Position numbers and translations under genes: made by a program. DNA of 64,000 bases from Oopsacas minuta (Eukaryota; Animalia; Porifera), in NCBI GenBank assembly GCA_024704765.1, contig JAKMXF010000177.1:696526-760525 (forward strand). The letters run 5' to 3'. Numbering within the stretch: position 1 is the stretch's first letter; each line of letters begins with the position of its first letter. Positions 23,250-35,815 of this stretch are shown in pieces. The notes beneath the pieces were generated by a model, which saw only the letters and a program-made list of their open reading frames with translations, had not been told where the DNA came from and did no database searches.

Positions 23250-24902
23250 CTATTTCTTAGATGCATCGCTCTTCTTCAGATCTACATATCGAGCGAAATA
23301 GTCATCAGTATGTAACAATGCTCCTTCCACCCAGCCTTGTTGAAGTGAATAGGTTTCGCCAATGATTGCAATATTCTTCCCTAATAAATTGTACACCCCA
23401 GGTGAAATCTTACCGTCATCTGATGAAACCTTCCAAGCGTGTGGACTATCACCGAAACGTGGTTCTGTCCAATGTGTGTAAGTAGCGAGAACTGGATCTG
23501 GAGGTGTTATAGGATTTTTGGTGCATAAAATCTTATTTGAACCCTGTTTATCTGGAGAGTAATTCGGCATTTGAAACAGCTGAGTTAGTTCATCCATTAT
23601 AGCCTCTACAACTATTTTCTTTGCCAAAACAGAATCTTCTGGGGCTTTGACATTATCCTTCGGGATAAAGTCCTCACCGATTGACTGCATTGAGTGCCAG
23701 TAGAAGCTACTTTGATAGTCACAGTAAATAGTCAGAGATCCTGGCTGATCACTGGTACCTTTTCTTACTTTAGGATCTCTTATCGAATTAAATATATATA
23801 CACTTCCCAGATTTAAATCTGTAAAGCTTGGACCATCACTGAATCCTAACTGATCCCACCATTGACTCTCAAAATAGATGTCAATTTTAGTGAGAGAGAG
23901 AGAAATTACGGAATCAACATATGAGGAAAAATTGGCTGCTTGATTCATCCAGTCGTTTTTCTCGGCTAAAGATTGCAATGCAATTTTAGGTAGAGCAAGT
24001 ATGCACCTATTACATCTGATAGTTCTATTGAATGGTTTTGAAGAATTCGAATCACAATATTGAATCTTAATAGGGTAAATTTTGTTAGTATCATCTTCTC
24101 TCAATATTTGGACTTCACATAGCAACTTTACCTTTGCTCCTTTCTCCGTAATTATTTTGCACAGTGATATTGGTAGTTGGTTATAACCGTAAAGAAGAGT
24201 ATAAAATTTGGGGTCTGAAGAGAAATCAAGAGTCAATTGAAATCCAACACCTGCATTAATATTACGATTAAACACACTTTTGAACCCAATAGTCTGCTGT
24301 ATCATTCTAATGCTTTCATATGTTAAGCCCATCTTGCGCAAGAGAAAACCAAAATCCCACTCGTATAATTTTTTCCCTAATATATCCCAGTTCAATCGAG
24401 CATACTGCCATTCCTGTGGAGTAGTTGGACTCTTATGCCCATTCAGATCGACTATCCTTTGAAATACGGAATTTAGCAATATATCTGGGAGTGGATTTGC
24501 CTCAATCTCTTTCTTTGTCAGTTCAGTGTTGAAAATATCATACCAAACTAGGTTCTCTCTAGCTTGTTTATTGGTAAATCGGCATCCTCTGACGTTATTC
24601 AAATTTGCATCACTGGCCATTTGAAAATCTACAATCTGATCTCCTAGTCCAACTTCTTTGATTATTTTCTCGGTCAATGTTTTTGACATGAAACGCATCC
24701 CTCCTTCTTCTTGCTTAATTACATATCCTCCGATATCTACTAGATCACTTTTCAGCAGGCCTCCAACTCTATTTAATCTTTCTAACACAAGTATACGCTT
24801 TGGATCAAATCCATATTGGATAAATTGGTATGCGCTATAAAGGCCTGCTACTCCTGCACCTACTATTATGATGTCGTAATTTTCATCTTCTTTCTGAGCC
24901 AT
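23250..24902 (-). CDS. Flavin-containing amine oxidase / L-amino-acid-oxidase-like protein
   Basis: DIIIVGAGVAGLYSAY (GxGxxG), E..NRVGG, EEGGMRF, C-terminal IIGETYSLQQGWVEGAL. 550 aa, intronless, no signal peptide. Confidence 0.9.
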   Translation of the reverse strand: MAQKEDENYDIIIVGAGVAGLYSAYQFIQYGFDPKRILVLERLNRVGGLLKSDLVDIGGYVIKQEEGGMRFMSKTLTEKIIKEVGLGDQIVDFQMASDANLNNVRGCRFTNKQARENLVWYDIFNTELTKKEIEANPLPDILLNSVFQRIVDLNGHKSPTTPQEWQYARLNWDILGKKLYEWDFGFLLRKMGLTYESIRMIQQTIGFKSVFNRNINAGVGFQLTLDFSSDPKFYTLLYGYNQLPISLCKIITEKGAKVKLLCEVQILREDDTNKIYPIKIQYCDSNSSKPFNRTIRCNRCILALPKIALQSLAEKNDWMNQAANFSSYVDSVISLSLTKIDIYFESQWWDQLGFSDGPSFTDLNLGSVYIFNSIRDPKVRKGTSDQPGSLTIYCDYQSSFYWHSMQSIGEDFIPKDNVKAPEDSVLAKKIVVEAIMDELTQLFQMPNYSPDKQGSNKILCTKNPITPPDPVLATYTHWTEPRFGDSPHAWKVSSDDGKISPGVYNLLGKNIAIIGETYSLQQGWVEGALLHTDDYFARYVDLKKSDASKK

Positions 24903-25560
24903 TATGCTATATTAAATGATACAAACGTAATTGTAACAGTAATTTGTATATTGAGTAGGGATTTTAGCTAGGAGGAAATTTAGAGCCATGCATTGAGGAT
25001 AACAACCAACCCGAGCTTTCCCCTGATATTTTAGTGTAAGGTGGCCTGCGAATAATTTGTACTGGACCTTCCAAACCTTAATTGCCTCGCTTTTTTGTAG
25101 TCCAGGCTAATACAAATACCGCGATGACCCGACGAATTAGTGTATTCCGTCCGGCTTTATCCTTTCACTCAGGTTGGCGAGTATGAAATAGAGTCACGCT
25201 TTTTGCAAAGGTGAAGACACTGGACATAGCTAAAATTGACCCAAAATACTGGACACCCTAATGTTGACTCAGAGTTGTGGATTTCGTGTATACAAGCGCT
25301 ATTGTTTGCTAGGACGCTGTGCGACAGCTTAGGTATTAAACAGCTACATTTTATGATGTTTTTGGTCGGTACGAGACCGAATATACTCTGCACTACATCC
25401 CAATTCTATTCGTTTCTATACAAAATATAAGAAAATTGTAATGATTATGTTACTGAGTTATATAGCACAGACCATGGAGGGTACAATTTTGTCAATTTCA
25501 CTTACAACTCGATATTAGTGGAAAATTGTGTAAAATCAGTGTAGCTATTTGTAAGAGATA

Positions 25561-25741
25561 TCATATCAAAATGTGTTATTTGGTCATGGGAAGTCGGATG
25601 TATACTATAACATGTGACGCAATAATGAAAATGCCTATTTATGGTCATTGTCAATATTACGCAATAATCTTCATATATTTCATATCAAATGTATTATTAG
25701 GATATGGGAAGTCGGGTGTATACTATAAAATGGCTATAATG
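25561..25741. repeat. Degenerate direct repeat (about 62-bp core, about 120-bp period)
   Basis: TCATATCAAA.TGT.TTATT.G..ATGGGAAGTCGG.TGTATACTATAA at about 25561 and about 25680. Confidence 0.7.
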
Positions 25742-26094
25742 ATTTATAATAATTTCGAAGATTATCGAGTAATAATTAGATATTGTGGAATTCCATGTCA
25801 AATCATCCAGTCGTTCCACCAACCTCAACCGATTTGTGTAACAGTTGGTGTGTGACAAGCTACAGTGCAACCGTGATTATCCAGACATGCGCATGCCCCA
25901 GGGTCACAGGTCATAATTCACTATGTATAAATTACCTCGATTGTCAGGACGCTTATGACAGGTCCCAACGAGTCCATGTAATCGCGGTTGTACTGTATCA
26001 ACATCAGTGTAGTAGGGAGCCCATGGAAAGTGGGGTGGGCCATGTTAGCATAGTAAAATTAAGGGGCGACTATGCTGACTCATGGCCCATAGAA

Positions 26095-27482
26095 CCGTTG
26101 CGTGAGATTTTAACTCATCTATACTCAATGACTGTGAATTTTTCCACTAGCCATATCATTATTCACATTGTCTAGTACAATACTAGATTATCTCATAAGA
26201 CTAATGAGCATGATTGTCATTTACGCATGAAGTAACACATGTTATAACTCTTCTCTTGGTTCACATTCTAATGTTGCTACAACCGAATAATGAAACCGCA
26301 AAGTACTGACAATTATGAATTACATTTTCTATTTTTATCCATCACAATGAAATATACATATTGACAATAATCATACATCTACCTCATCCTTATTGAATCA
26401 TACTTCAGTATTTCTGACAAAGACATTACTGTAAGAGATAGTAACACTAGTGTAGAATTGGTTTAGGATAGTAAAACATAATATTTTGAATTACGAAACT
26501 AGGTTAAAGGCCGCAGGTCGAAATACGTTAATAAAGATGACAGAAGTATTGCATTCAAATTTGCTTTTATAACATTAGCAAGTGAAGCATCTAAACTAAA
26601 AATACGAAAAAATGTTGTGGAAAATGAGGAAGATTTGTAGGGAGGAGTGATCCAAAAGGAAAAGGAGCAAATTAAGTTTTATTAATCCATCAAAGAATAT
26701 AATAACAATGATTTAGTAGTTTTATTACAAATACGCCACAGAGCCATCAGAATTCTATAGGATGTTCTAATCTAAGAATTAACAAAGAGATGTTACCAAA
26801 TATTCCCCTTTCTGTTCCTGGGCATCAAATAAATTGCCAAAATGAGATCAAGATAATTCTACATCTTATCTGCTAATACGTTGGCAGGGAAAGATGTAGA
26901 AACAATTAAATCAATATTTAACAAGGCATTTATTGAAAGAAGAATTATTCATAACAATTGTGGTGATTGTTATGACTAAACTGGGACGAAAGACTAAAAG
27001 AGTTAGAACAAGTAGTCATTTTATCCAAATATAAATTAGAGTGGGTGAAGTTACCCGTTTTGAATACTGCGCTAACCTCACAGTCGCATTGTCCCGTGAA
27101 AATTGTATTATAATACATACGTAGTATGGGGATTGGACTCAAGAATATTAGATATATCAAAAAATAGATGAGTATTTTGCGGTTTCATTATTCATTTGTT
27201 GTAGCAACATTAGAATGGGAACCAAGAGAAGAGTTATGACATGTGTTACTTCATGCGTAAATGACAGTCATGCTCATTAGTCTTATGAGATAATCTAGTA
27301 TTGTACTAGACAATGGGAATAATGATATGGCAGTGGAAAAATTCACAGTGGTTGAATATAGATGAGTTAAAATCTCACGGTGAAAGACTGTCCCTGGTCC
27401 AATAATACTAATGAGTTAAAATCTCACGGCGAAAGACTGTCCCTGGTCCAATAATACTAATGAGTTAAATCTCACGCAACAG
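26095..27482. mobile_element. Non-autonomous element with about 210-bp terminal inverted repeats
   Basis: 26097-26307 is the reverse complement of 27171-27379. The right arm carries a 49-bp tandem duplication (27362-27480). The interior has no long ORF. Confidence 0.8.
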
Positions 27483-28320
27483 AACTAACATTAATTCACA
27501 CAAATAGTGGGACGGACAAGGCCGCCCAGCCACCCCTAATGAATATGTTCAACATGTGTGAAAATTTTGTATGAGTCGGTCAAATAACTTTCGAGTTATG
27601 ACGTCACTAATATTTGATTTTTTGCACTCCGAGATGAAATATCCCAAATATAGTATTTAGATTCAAAACAACAAAGTAAACGACAATATTTCCTCGCTAC
27701 GAAATTTCACCGTGAATGCATGCATTCGATCACCAAAAATTTTGACGAATACCGATTTCATATTTGGACTAACGCTAACATCTGAATTTTGGACTAATAC
27801 ATGCGCCCCTCTAATTCATCCATTTTTGTAAAAATAATCAATGGTCTTCATCGACATCAATGGTCCGATTTTCACTCCAGTGAACAGGCCTTATTATAAC
27901 GTAGGCACGCCTGCTTATATATACAAGGAATAAACATAGTTTTACTACATCTAGAATTACGAAATTCGAATTCAAATACATACCAAACACCAGAATACAT
28001 CTGATACGTAACGTGCACAATATGTATGTAACTTCCATCCTATCTCCTCACTTGTATCAACAACTCCGGTTATATAGAAGTAAATTAATGGTTCCTTGAG
28101 TTTCGATATTATGGGAGTTTACTGTATTTATGTTCAATAATCTACATATCGTAATTTCATTCGAAAAATTTATATATAACTGTAAAATATAAACTATGGC
28201 TGGCATTGAGCACAGCAATACAGTTTATAGACATTATAAGACTAAATATGTAGTTATTCATGCAAATTAAAATATTAAATAGAGAGCTACGATTGAATAA
28301 AATCCCTTTCAATAGTAATA

Positions 28321-28520
28321 AAAATATAAAATTACAATCCGTGCCGATAGCTTAGTCTATTAAATTCAATTTGTTTAAAAAGTGGCACTATTAATTGAAG
28401 GCACTATGAGAGGTCAGGTTTAATCCCAATATACGTAGTGCCTACAATTAATAGTGCCACTTTTTAAACAAATTTAATTAATAGACTAAGCTATTGGCAC
28501 AGATTGTAATTTTATATTTC
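28321..28520. repeat. Foldback/hairpin element, copy 2
   Basis: About 86-bp arms (28321-28406 / 28435-28520) around a 28-nt loop. Its one-sided flank (CCTCGCTCCGCTCG) is inverted relative to copy 1. Confidence 0.88.
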
Positions 28521-29511
28521 TTCCTCGCTCCGCTCGAATTTCAAATCCATCTAACAATTTATTTACAAATAAATATGATTATCCAGTCCATATAATGTTC
28601 AATTTGTTTGCAATAATTATCAGTTGACTAATAATATTAATAGAAGAGAATACTGGAGAAGATTTGATCGGTACAAATTCAAGAGTGTAAAATTCGGAAT
28701 CAGCGCATTGAATTACCCCCTTATGCTGTTTAGAACAATCTTTTACGAATATTCAAAGATTATAAAATCTGGCAAACACATGTCTTTTAAATTATCCATG
28801 GTTAATTTGAAAAATAATATATTCATAAATATAGTGAACATCACCCCACTGGTTTTGTAGGACTATATTCCTACCTAGTGCTTGGCAGCACCAATTTTAC
28901 AGAAACGATTTCATTTGGCTATTTGCTGTTCAGAAACACAAATTTCTACAATCTTCATCGTCAATATCAAGTATTACTAATGGTATATTTATATGAGAAA
29001 TAATTGTTGTTTGCTCGCCTACTCGGAAAAATATAATAGCACAAGTTATCCAACAAGTAGCGGGTACGATTCTGGCAGTAACAACATATAAACGTATCCT
29101 ATCTTAGGTATTATATATAATTGGAGCATCGGGATTACCAGAATATTGATTCTATTAAGTTGGCTATGTAATCATGAATGAGTATTGTTTTATGAGAATA
29201 TCTTATCAAAATGTAGTGTTATGGCTTTAATATAGTCTGTATACGTATCTTGAATATTATCATTATAGTAGTCTATCACTTAATCAACGACAAACTAACA
29301 CTTCCTTGTAACCAATTCCCGTACCAAAAACGAGATTGTAACAGCTTTTTGATGTCAAAAATTACACATTTTCCCGACCGTAATCGGTTAAGAAGACTTT
29401 GATTATTTAAAAACACAATATTTGTGTCAGTAAGAAACTAGAAGAATGTAACTAACTGACAAGAAGCAGGAACAATACTTAGAAGGATAAATAGTAAACT
29501 GGTACAACAAA

Positions 29512-30744
29512 TCAAATAAACATCAAAAGACTATTTTTGCCACGATTGACAACTACAATTCCTCCTTTAGAATTGAGGGTAACTCCAGTTGGATGTAAAA
29601 TTGATTGAGTGAGTTTATTAAGTAATTCTCCTGTATTATCAAATATAATAATATTGTTGTTGTAATAATCCGAAATAATGAAATTACCAGCTCCATCTAT
29701 CAGGAATAAACACGGAGTATTCAAATGTTTGCTAATAGAATCACATACAGTATTCTGTACTTGATTAAGATTGTAATTGAAAGAGTAGAGAAAGGAATTT
29801 TGATCAGACAATACAAATATAGTATCTTTAGTTAGTTGTATGTCTACTGGATATTTGACTATACCAATTCCAAACTGAGATTTGTAAGAATAATCTTGAG
29901 AGAATATTTGTATTCTGTTGTTAGACCGATCACATACATAAATATCTCCATTATCTACATTGATACCAATACCATGAGAGTTGTTGAATTGTCCTTCTCC
30001 ACTACCTGGAGTATCTATTTGTTTGATAAAATTTCCTTTCAAATCAAATATCAACAAACAACCTGTTCCATTCTGGCTAACAAATACTCTCTCTTTATCA
30101 ATAGTAATATAGAGAGGATTATTCATCTTATCAGCACCAAATAGAAACAAGAATTTACCATCTTTACTGAATACCTGTACTCTGTTGTTCCATTGTTCTG
30201 CTACATATATGTTATCTGTTCTGTAATCAACTGCAACTCCCCATGGACAATTGAATTGTCCTTTACCACTACCTACAGCACCTACACTCACTACTGGTTT
30301 CACTTTACCTTTATAATCTACAACTGGTAGACATGAGTAACTTGAATTAACAACACTAATCTTACCAAATCCATTAATTCTATCTAATAGTGTATTATCA
30401 AATACAAATGAAATATGTTTGGGTTTCCATTCAGATTCTATTTCTTTGTGTTTTTGTTCTAAAGTTTTGATAATTCCACTCTGAGTTTCTGTAAAGATTT
30501 GTGATTGAAGATTTTCTCGAATTGATTTAGATGATTTTTCTATTTCTAGTATATACTCTTTATGTTTATCATTTTCATGTTTGTATTTGTTGTGTATTTC
30601 TTCCAATTCTATCAAAAGTTCTGTTTTCCGATTACTCAAATAACTTATCAATTCATTGAAATGAGTTTCAATCTCAGTTCTGATTTGAGTTACTTCAAAC
30701 TCAAAACTAACTTCTTCCACTGATGACGTAGATATAGTAGCCAT
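29512..30744 (-). CDS. Coiled-coil + NHL-repeat protein (TRIM-NHL-like, no RING/B-box)
   Basis: N-terminal coiled coil (EIETHFNELISYLSNRKTELL). NHL repeats GSGKGQFNCPWGVAV, GSGEGQFNNSHGIGI. 410 aa, intronless. Confidence 0.9.
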   Translation of the reverse strand: MATISTSSVEEVSFEFEVTQIRTEIETHFNELISYLSNRKTELLIELEEIHNKYKHENDKHKEYILEIEKSSKSIRENLQSQIFTETQSGIIKTLEQKHKEIESEWKPKHISFVFDNTLLDRINGFGKISVVNSSYSCLPVVDYKGKVKPVVSVGAVGSGKGQFNCPWGVAVDYRTDNIYVAEQWNNRVQVFSKDGKFLFLFGADKMNNPLYITIDKERVFVSQNGTGCLLIFDLKGNFIKQIDTPGSGEGQFNNSHGIGINVDNGDIYVCDRSNNRIQIFSQDYSYKSQFGIGIVKYPVDIQLTKDTIFVLSDQNSFLYSFNYNLNQVQNTVCDSISKHLNTPCLFLIDGAGNFIISDYYNNNIIIFDNTGELLNKLTQSILHPTGVTLNSKGGIVVVNRGKNSLLMFI

Positions 30745-31841
30745 TATACAATAGTAAAGCTAAATCTAGGAAAATGTCTACCCCGATACAATTATTCTGG
30801 TGTGTGAATACCTGTGTAGAAAAACACAATCATGAGAGCATAAAATAGATCAGTATTTACTAATATGCATGGATATTCAGTGCCGTCTTTATCAATGAGC
30901 AAATTGGGCACTTACCAAAGGCCTACACCTAGAGGGCATACTTATGATAAGAAGAATAATTTCTCCTTGTATACGCTAACTCGCTAATGGATACCTGGAA
31001 TTTGTCCAAAAAATTCATAAAAGTGATTCAAGTTTGTCCTAAAAAGGAACCTCAGGAATTTGTCATAGAAAGTCGGTATGTGTCCTAAACTCAGAAACTG
31101 GATTTTGTCCGAAAATATACTATAATTATTTGGGTTCAAATATATCAGCCAACAACCACAGGGTGACCAATAAGTCAGACCACAGTTGGGGGAAAAGATA
31201 GAAACTTATCCAAGAGAAAATTCTTCACAACCATCCTAATAGTGAATAGAAATTGACAAATACAACAATTTAAGTTGGTATATCTACTAAACCGCGTCCT
31301 CCAGGAGCCTTACATTATAAAGTCCAGTGACTCATATTTACGATAAATTCCAACACCTTCCCACCATAAGCTTCATAAAATATTGAATGTGGAATACTAG
31401 ATAGCATCGATTTTGACGATTTGATTGGCGATTTTGCATGAGCTAAACACCCCAAAATTCCAATCTGATTGGTTGTAACTGTAAAACCTCTCCAAATATA
31501 GTCAATTTCAATATTTTTGAATCTTTAAGTGTGAAAGGAGCATAGTTATTATTGATACCCAGGGCTAACGCCTAAAGACGGCACTGTAGATATTCATTTT
31601 ACAGAAGAATAGGTAGTTGACATTTCACAATTACTGAAACGTGACTGTCTATCATCAATACTGTACGTTGTTAAATGTTAATCCTGAGAATAAATATATT
31701 TATCAAATTCAACAACAAAACAATTGTCTGTGTAGCTACGAATTAATGCTATACAATATACCAATTAATAGCTATGTTTAGATTAGACATGGATATGAAT
31801 AAAAAGTATTTTACCATTCATGTGCCCAAGAGATGGCTCAC

Positions 31842-32108
31842 CAGTGCCGGATTTAGGTATGTGGGCCCTGTTCGAGGGCAATTCCTGGGGGCCCTGAAGC
31901 TAATTCAAAACTGTCACGGTTCGCCCACCTGTTTCCATTCCTCAATTGAGAATGCTTGTGTTTATTGTATTCATGTGAAGGTTTTGTTCTAGTATTTCGT
32001 ATAAGAGTTATAGTGATTAAAGTAGAATTACAGTGTGTATAAAATTAATGACGTTGAGTGTGGGGCCCTGTTCGGCCGCACACTCCGAACACTCCTAATC
32101 CGGTACTG
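31842..32108. mobile_element. hAT-like MITE
   Basis: Ends CAGTGCCGGATT / AATCCGGTACTG. Subterminal GGGCCCTGTTCG motifs. No convincing TSD. Confidence 0.6.
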
Positions 32109-32132
32109 TGCCTACTATAATGGATATATATA

Positions 32133-32852
32133 CTAATAGCTATCATTCTGAGTGTTCCAGTTAGTCCAAGTGTATTTGCTACTGTCCTGGGTTGACGATC
32201 GGCAGATCCATTCTGCGATGGAGGGGTCGAACCTTCCGCACAGCTTGAGTAACTCGGTAGCATTACCGGTGTTTTGAAGATGTCCACGAAACGGAAGTCC
32301 TTGTCTGGCCAAAAATCTGTAACACTCGAATATTGCAGTCATAGCGGCTCTTCCATTGATCTTTGACGCCTTGAATGCCTCGCTGAGCAGGCTAGCAGTA
32401 TCATTCCCTTGTTGCGCGGTTGTAAAAGCAACTAGAGCCTTGGCATGTGCTTCGCTTCGCTCATGCTTTTGAAAACTTCCAGCAGAGTGTTTTCCATCCG
32501 ACTTCATAGCTCCAGACAGCGCTTTCTTCCAGTTGGAAAACCCAGTTACGGTGAATTTGGCAGAAAGCTGGTCAGTAGGAGACCAGCGTTTATCTTCTGT
32601 CATCCACGAGCACATGTTTCAAAAACATTTCCCGTCCCTTGCTACAAGCCATGGAAAGGTTATCTTCCACTCTTCTTGAAACTGACGTCCTTTCATCCTG
32701 GACTGAGTCTGTCTGCTGCCCTGAGAGGTTTGGGACGAGGTTTGGGGCTGCTGGGTGAGAACATTGGCATCCGTTTCAGGGTGCGAATGTCCATGCTGAT
32801 GAGTGCAAACCATAAACTGACTCATCAAAGATTGTCTTGAAGCTCCTGACAC
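32133..32852 (-). mobile_element. hAT transposase N-terminal fragment (TTF zinc finger / DUF4371)
   Basis: RQFQEEWKITFPWLV...GKCF, GFSNWKKA...HERSEAH, RFLARQGLPFRGH...GN..ELL. GC-rich. Confidence 0.85.
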
Positions 32853-32900
32853 GAATTACATTTCTTAGATATGGGAGAAGAGGATTGAGACATATTAATA

Positions 32901-34058
32901 CTATAATGCTAATAACAAATATATAAGATACAAATAATAATGCAAAAAATACTCATCGGAACTTCGCGCCCATGATGTATAGTACAATGGCCCGAATACC
33001 CTCTCGGTTATTAGTACACATTGAATGAGGTAGTTTTTCTTGGTAATATTATAAATATCTGTTACTTGTCTCACTTCTTGTACACCCTCATACAAATCTA
33101 CAGCTGGCTTCCCGGGATAACTTAAATTGTGTCTCTCTCTCAATTCAAGTGCTTTGGTCCAAACTTGAGCTACTTTTGAATAATGATAATCCCAGAATCC
33201 CTCTATCCCTCCGACTAGCCACATGTCAACTTCATATTCAGGCGTACATTGAGGCTGTTTTCTGAGATAGTACACTGCATACTCATTGTCACATTTTGCA
33301 GCTACAAATAAATGGCAGGGGAGTTGATGCACCTCTGGTACTGCGTAATTGGGTATAGGAGGAGATGGAGATTGGGCTCTACATGGCCAGATTATTTCAG
33401 CTCCGAGGTCGATTAATAGATTGAATATATTCTGGGGCTTTTGCTCTATTGTTACGTGTAGTGCGTCTATTCCTGCAGCTACTGTCTGACTGAGCTCAGC
33501 TTTGCCACAGGTATCTGTATACAAATATATGGTAACTAATATTAAAGTATAATACAGTCAACTCCCTATATTCGAAGCACAAGGGATCGTGATAATTTCT
33601 TCGATATGACTGGTGTAATTTATGTTACTTTGACTGTTCGGGACAATATTTGTAAAATTACACATATCGATATAAGCGGGTATTACGATATTTCCGTGTT
33701 CGATATAACGTGAGTTAACTGTACGTATAGAAATCGTATAAATATTCCTACTGTAAATTATGTATATGATACCGAGTAATCTAAGAGCATCTTCATTCTC
33801 TCTCAATACAGCTATCATGATTGGAGCCTGTCCCTCACTATTAGCTATTTTATAAATTTCCATCAAGATACAGCTCATTATTTTGTTGTGAATTTTCTGT
33901 GCACCCAGAATTAATGGCGATCCCTTGTTGGCCTTGGGCTGGAATATCTCCTCTGGATTTACAGTGTTTAGTAAAGTTTTTAGTTTAGACCTAAATTCTG
34001 GATATTTCCCTTTCGCTGCGGAATCCAGTAAATCTTTATGAAGCGAACATCTTGCCAT
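32901..34058 (-). pseudogene. FEM1-like gene, copy 3 (internally deleted, 3'-truncated)
   Basis: ATG 34058 (MARCSLHKDLLDSAAKG). First ankyrins and intron 1 are deleted. GT-AG intron 33515-33772. Homology ends after GPLYYTS (about 32985). Confidence 0.8.
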
Positions 34059-34235
34059 TTCTAATTGAATGTTCAATAAGCAAAATAGCCAATTTTGTAA
34101 CTATTCAGTATATAGAATACGATAGAGAAAGAGGGAAATAAATAAATAATTATCCAAGTAGTAAAAAGTAAAAAAGATTCGTAAAAATTCCTATAAATAT
34201 ATCTCTTTTTAGTTTGCCTATTTTCATTTAAATAT

Positions 34236-35815
34236 TTTAATGAATTCCCGCTGCTTTCTCGACAGAATTTAGATATGCTTTGATGTTTATATCCTTGAAT
34301 AGTTCTCTAATTCTGGGACCTAAAAATAGCCCTTCCTTGATTTTAGCATCGCTGACCTTTGGAAATTTGTCCTTAAAGTATTCGAAACCTTCTCCTTCTT
34401 TATTGTATTTTACTATCGCCTTTACAAAGTTTTCCATCAAACCCAGGTTTATTTGTAGAGGTGGTAATAGAATTTTCTCAGGATTTACTAAGGACTGACA
34501 ACTTACACTCTTTATACCAGCAGTTAATTGATGTCGTAGAGGTCACTCCTTAACTATATAGTGGGATTGCCTTGCTTTACTATCCCACTCACAGAGGAAG
34601 CAATAATATTTTGTGCATCCTGGTTGCATATTGCATACCCAACAAAAGTCCAATTACCTTCAGATCACCGCAGATGTGCCAATTGTAAGAGTTATATTTG
34701 ATCAGTTTCAATAAGATATCCATATTCCCATGAGACTCCTTCATGTGTACTGAATGACCTATCGGTATGGATGGTAATACATTCCCTTTGTGAAGTAAGA
34801 CTGCCTTGAGCCTGTACTTAGAAGAATCAATGAAGAGACGCCACTCTGATGGTTCGTGTTGAACACCTAATAACTCCATCACACGATCCACATTGTTACA
34901 ATAACAAAGAGACCCCTGCATTTCAAAATGTACAGAGAAATCACTTTGACGGGTCCTGAAAAATGAAACTTTAGTTTCCTCATCCAATAAGTTCCAACCT
35001 TTCAATCTTGACCCAAGCAATTCACTTTGATCTTTTGTCAAATTCAAGTCTCTAACCAAATAATTCGGCTCACTTTGATTAATGATGTGGGGAAGTCTTG
35101 TTTTATCGGTTGGCATAGGCGGAGGTAAATTTTGTAGAATGCTCAACAGGACGAATCGCAGATTGAAGATTGAGATAAGATGTATTCTTTTTGGTCTTGG
35201 AAGTGATTCCTATTATATCAGTCAAACAGAAATAACAATCAGCATAATGATCTCTTGGTTCCCTCCATATCATGGGAATAGCAAATTGCATTGAAGTACG
35301 TGAGCCATTTGGCCATTGACTAAGTCCTATTGCACATTTTGAGCAACACAAATGAGGTATCCAAGGCTTATCTTGATCACCAATCTTGCGACCAAAATAT
35401 TGCTCATATCCCTTGTGTACAAGGGGAGACATGTCTCTCAGCTGAATTTTGTAGTATATTCTCCACAAATATAACAGACAGAATCTGTTGGGTTTGAACA
35501 TCAACGCGGCATTATTGAAAAGAAATAAATACAAATACAATCAGATAATCTCCTCTTGAAAGAGCAAATAATATTATATATATTTTTAAGAAAGTTTGAA
35601 TTCTTAGACAATATATACGGAAGGTATTAATACAAATACAATTATACATTCTATAGAGATCTATGGAAACATGATTTTGGATATTTCCGAATTTTACAAA
35701 ATCTCTGCCTGATAGAGAAAAACTGATTGGATATTTGGAATCAGGGTGCTTGAATACATGAGAAACACTACAGTGTATTCCAGAAGCAAAAATGCTGAAA
35801 ATGTGTTGGACAGTG
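34236..35815 (-). mobile_element. Chapaev3-like transposon, 5' end plus most of a frameshifted transposase
   Basis: Terminus CACTGTCCAAC at 35815. Chapa finger, then WRLFIDSSK...LKAVLLH.GN..PSIP, W.ICGDLK, LCEWDS, I.EGLF.GP.IREL. Confidence 0.8.

Noticed and set aside
27362-27480. Repeat array resembling CRISPR
   Set aside because: The units are contiguous 49-bp tandem copies with no unique spacers, there are no cas genes, and the context is eukaryotic.
31250-31380. Possible non-LTR remnant (GGRGL motif)
   Set aside because: A single short motif amid stops.
35805-35815. CACTGTC terminus as a V(D)J-like recombination signal
   Set aside because: There is no nonamer at 12/23 spacing and no RAG1 core/RAG2 gene. 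It is explained as a CAC-type CMC transposon end.
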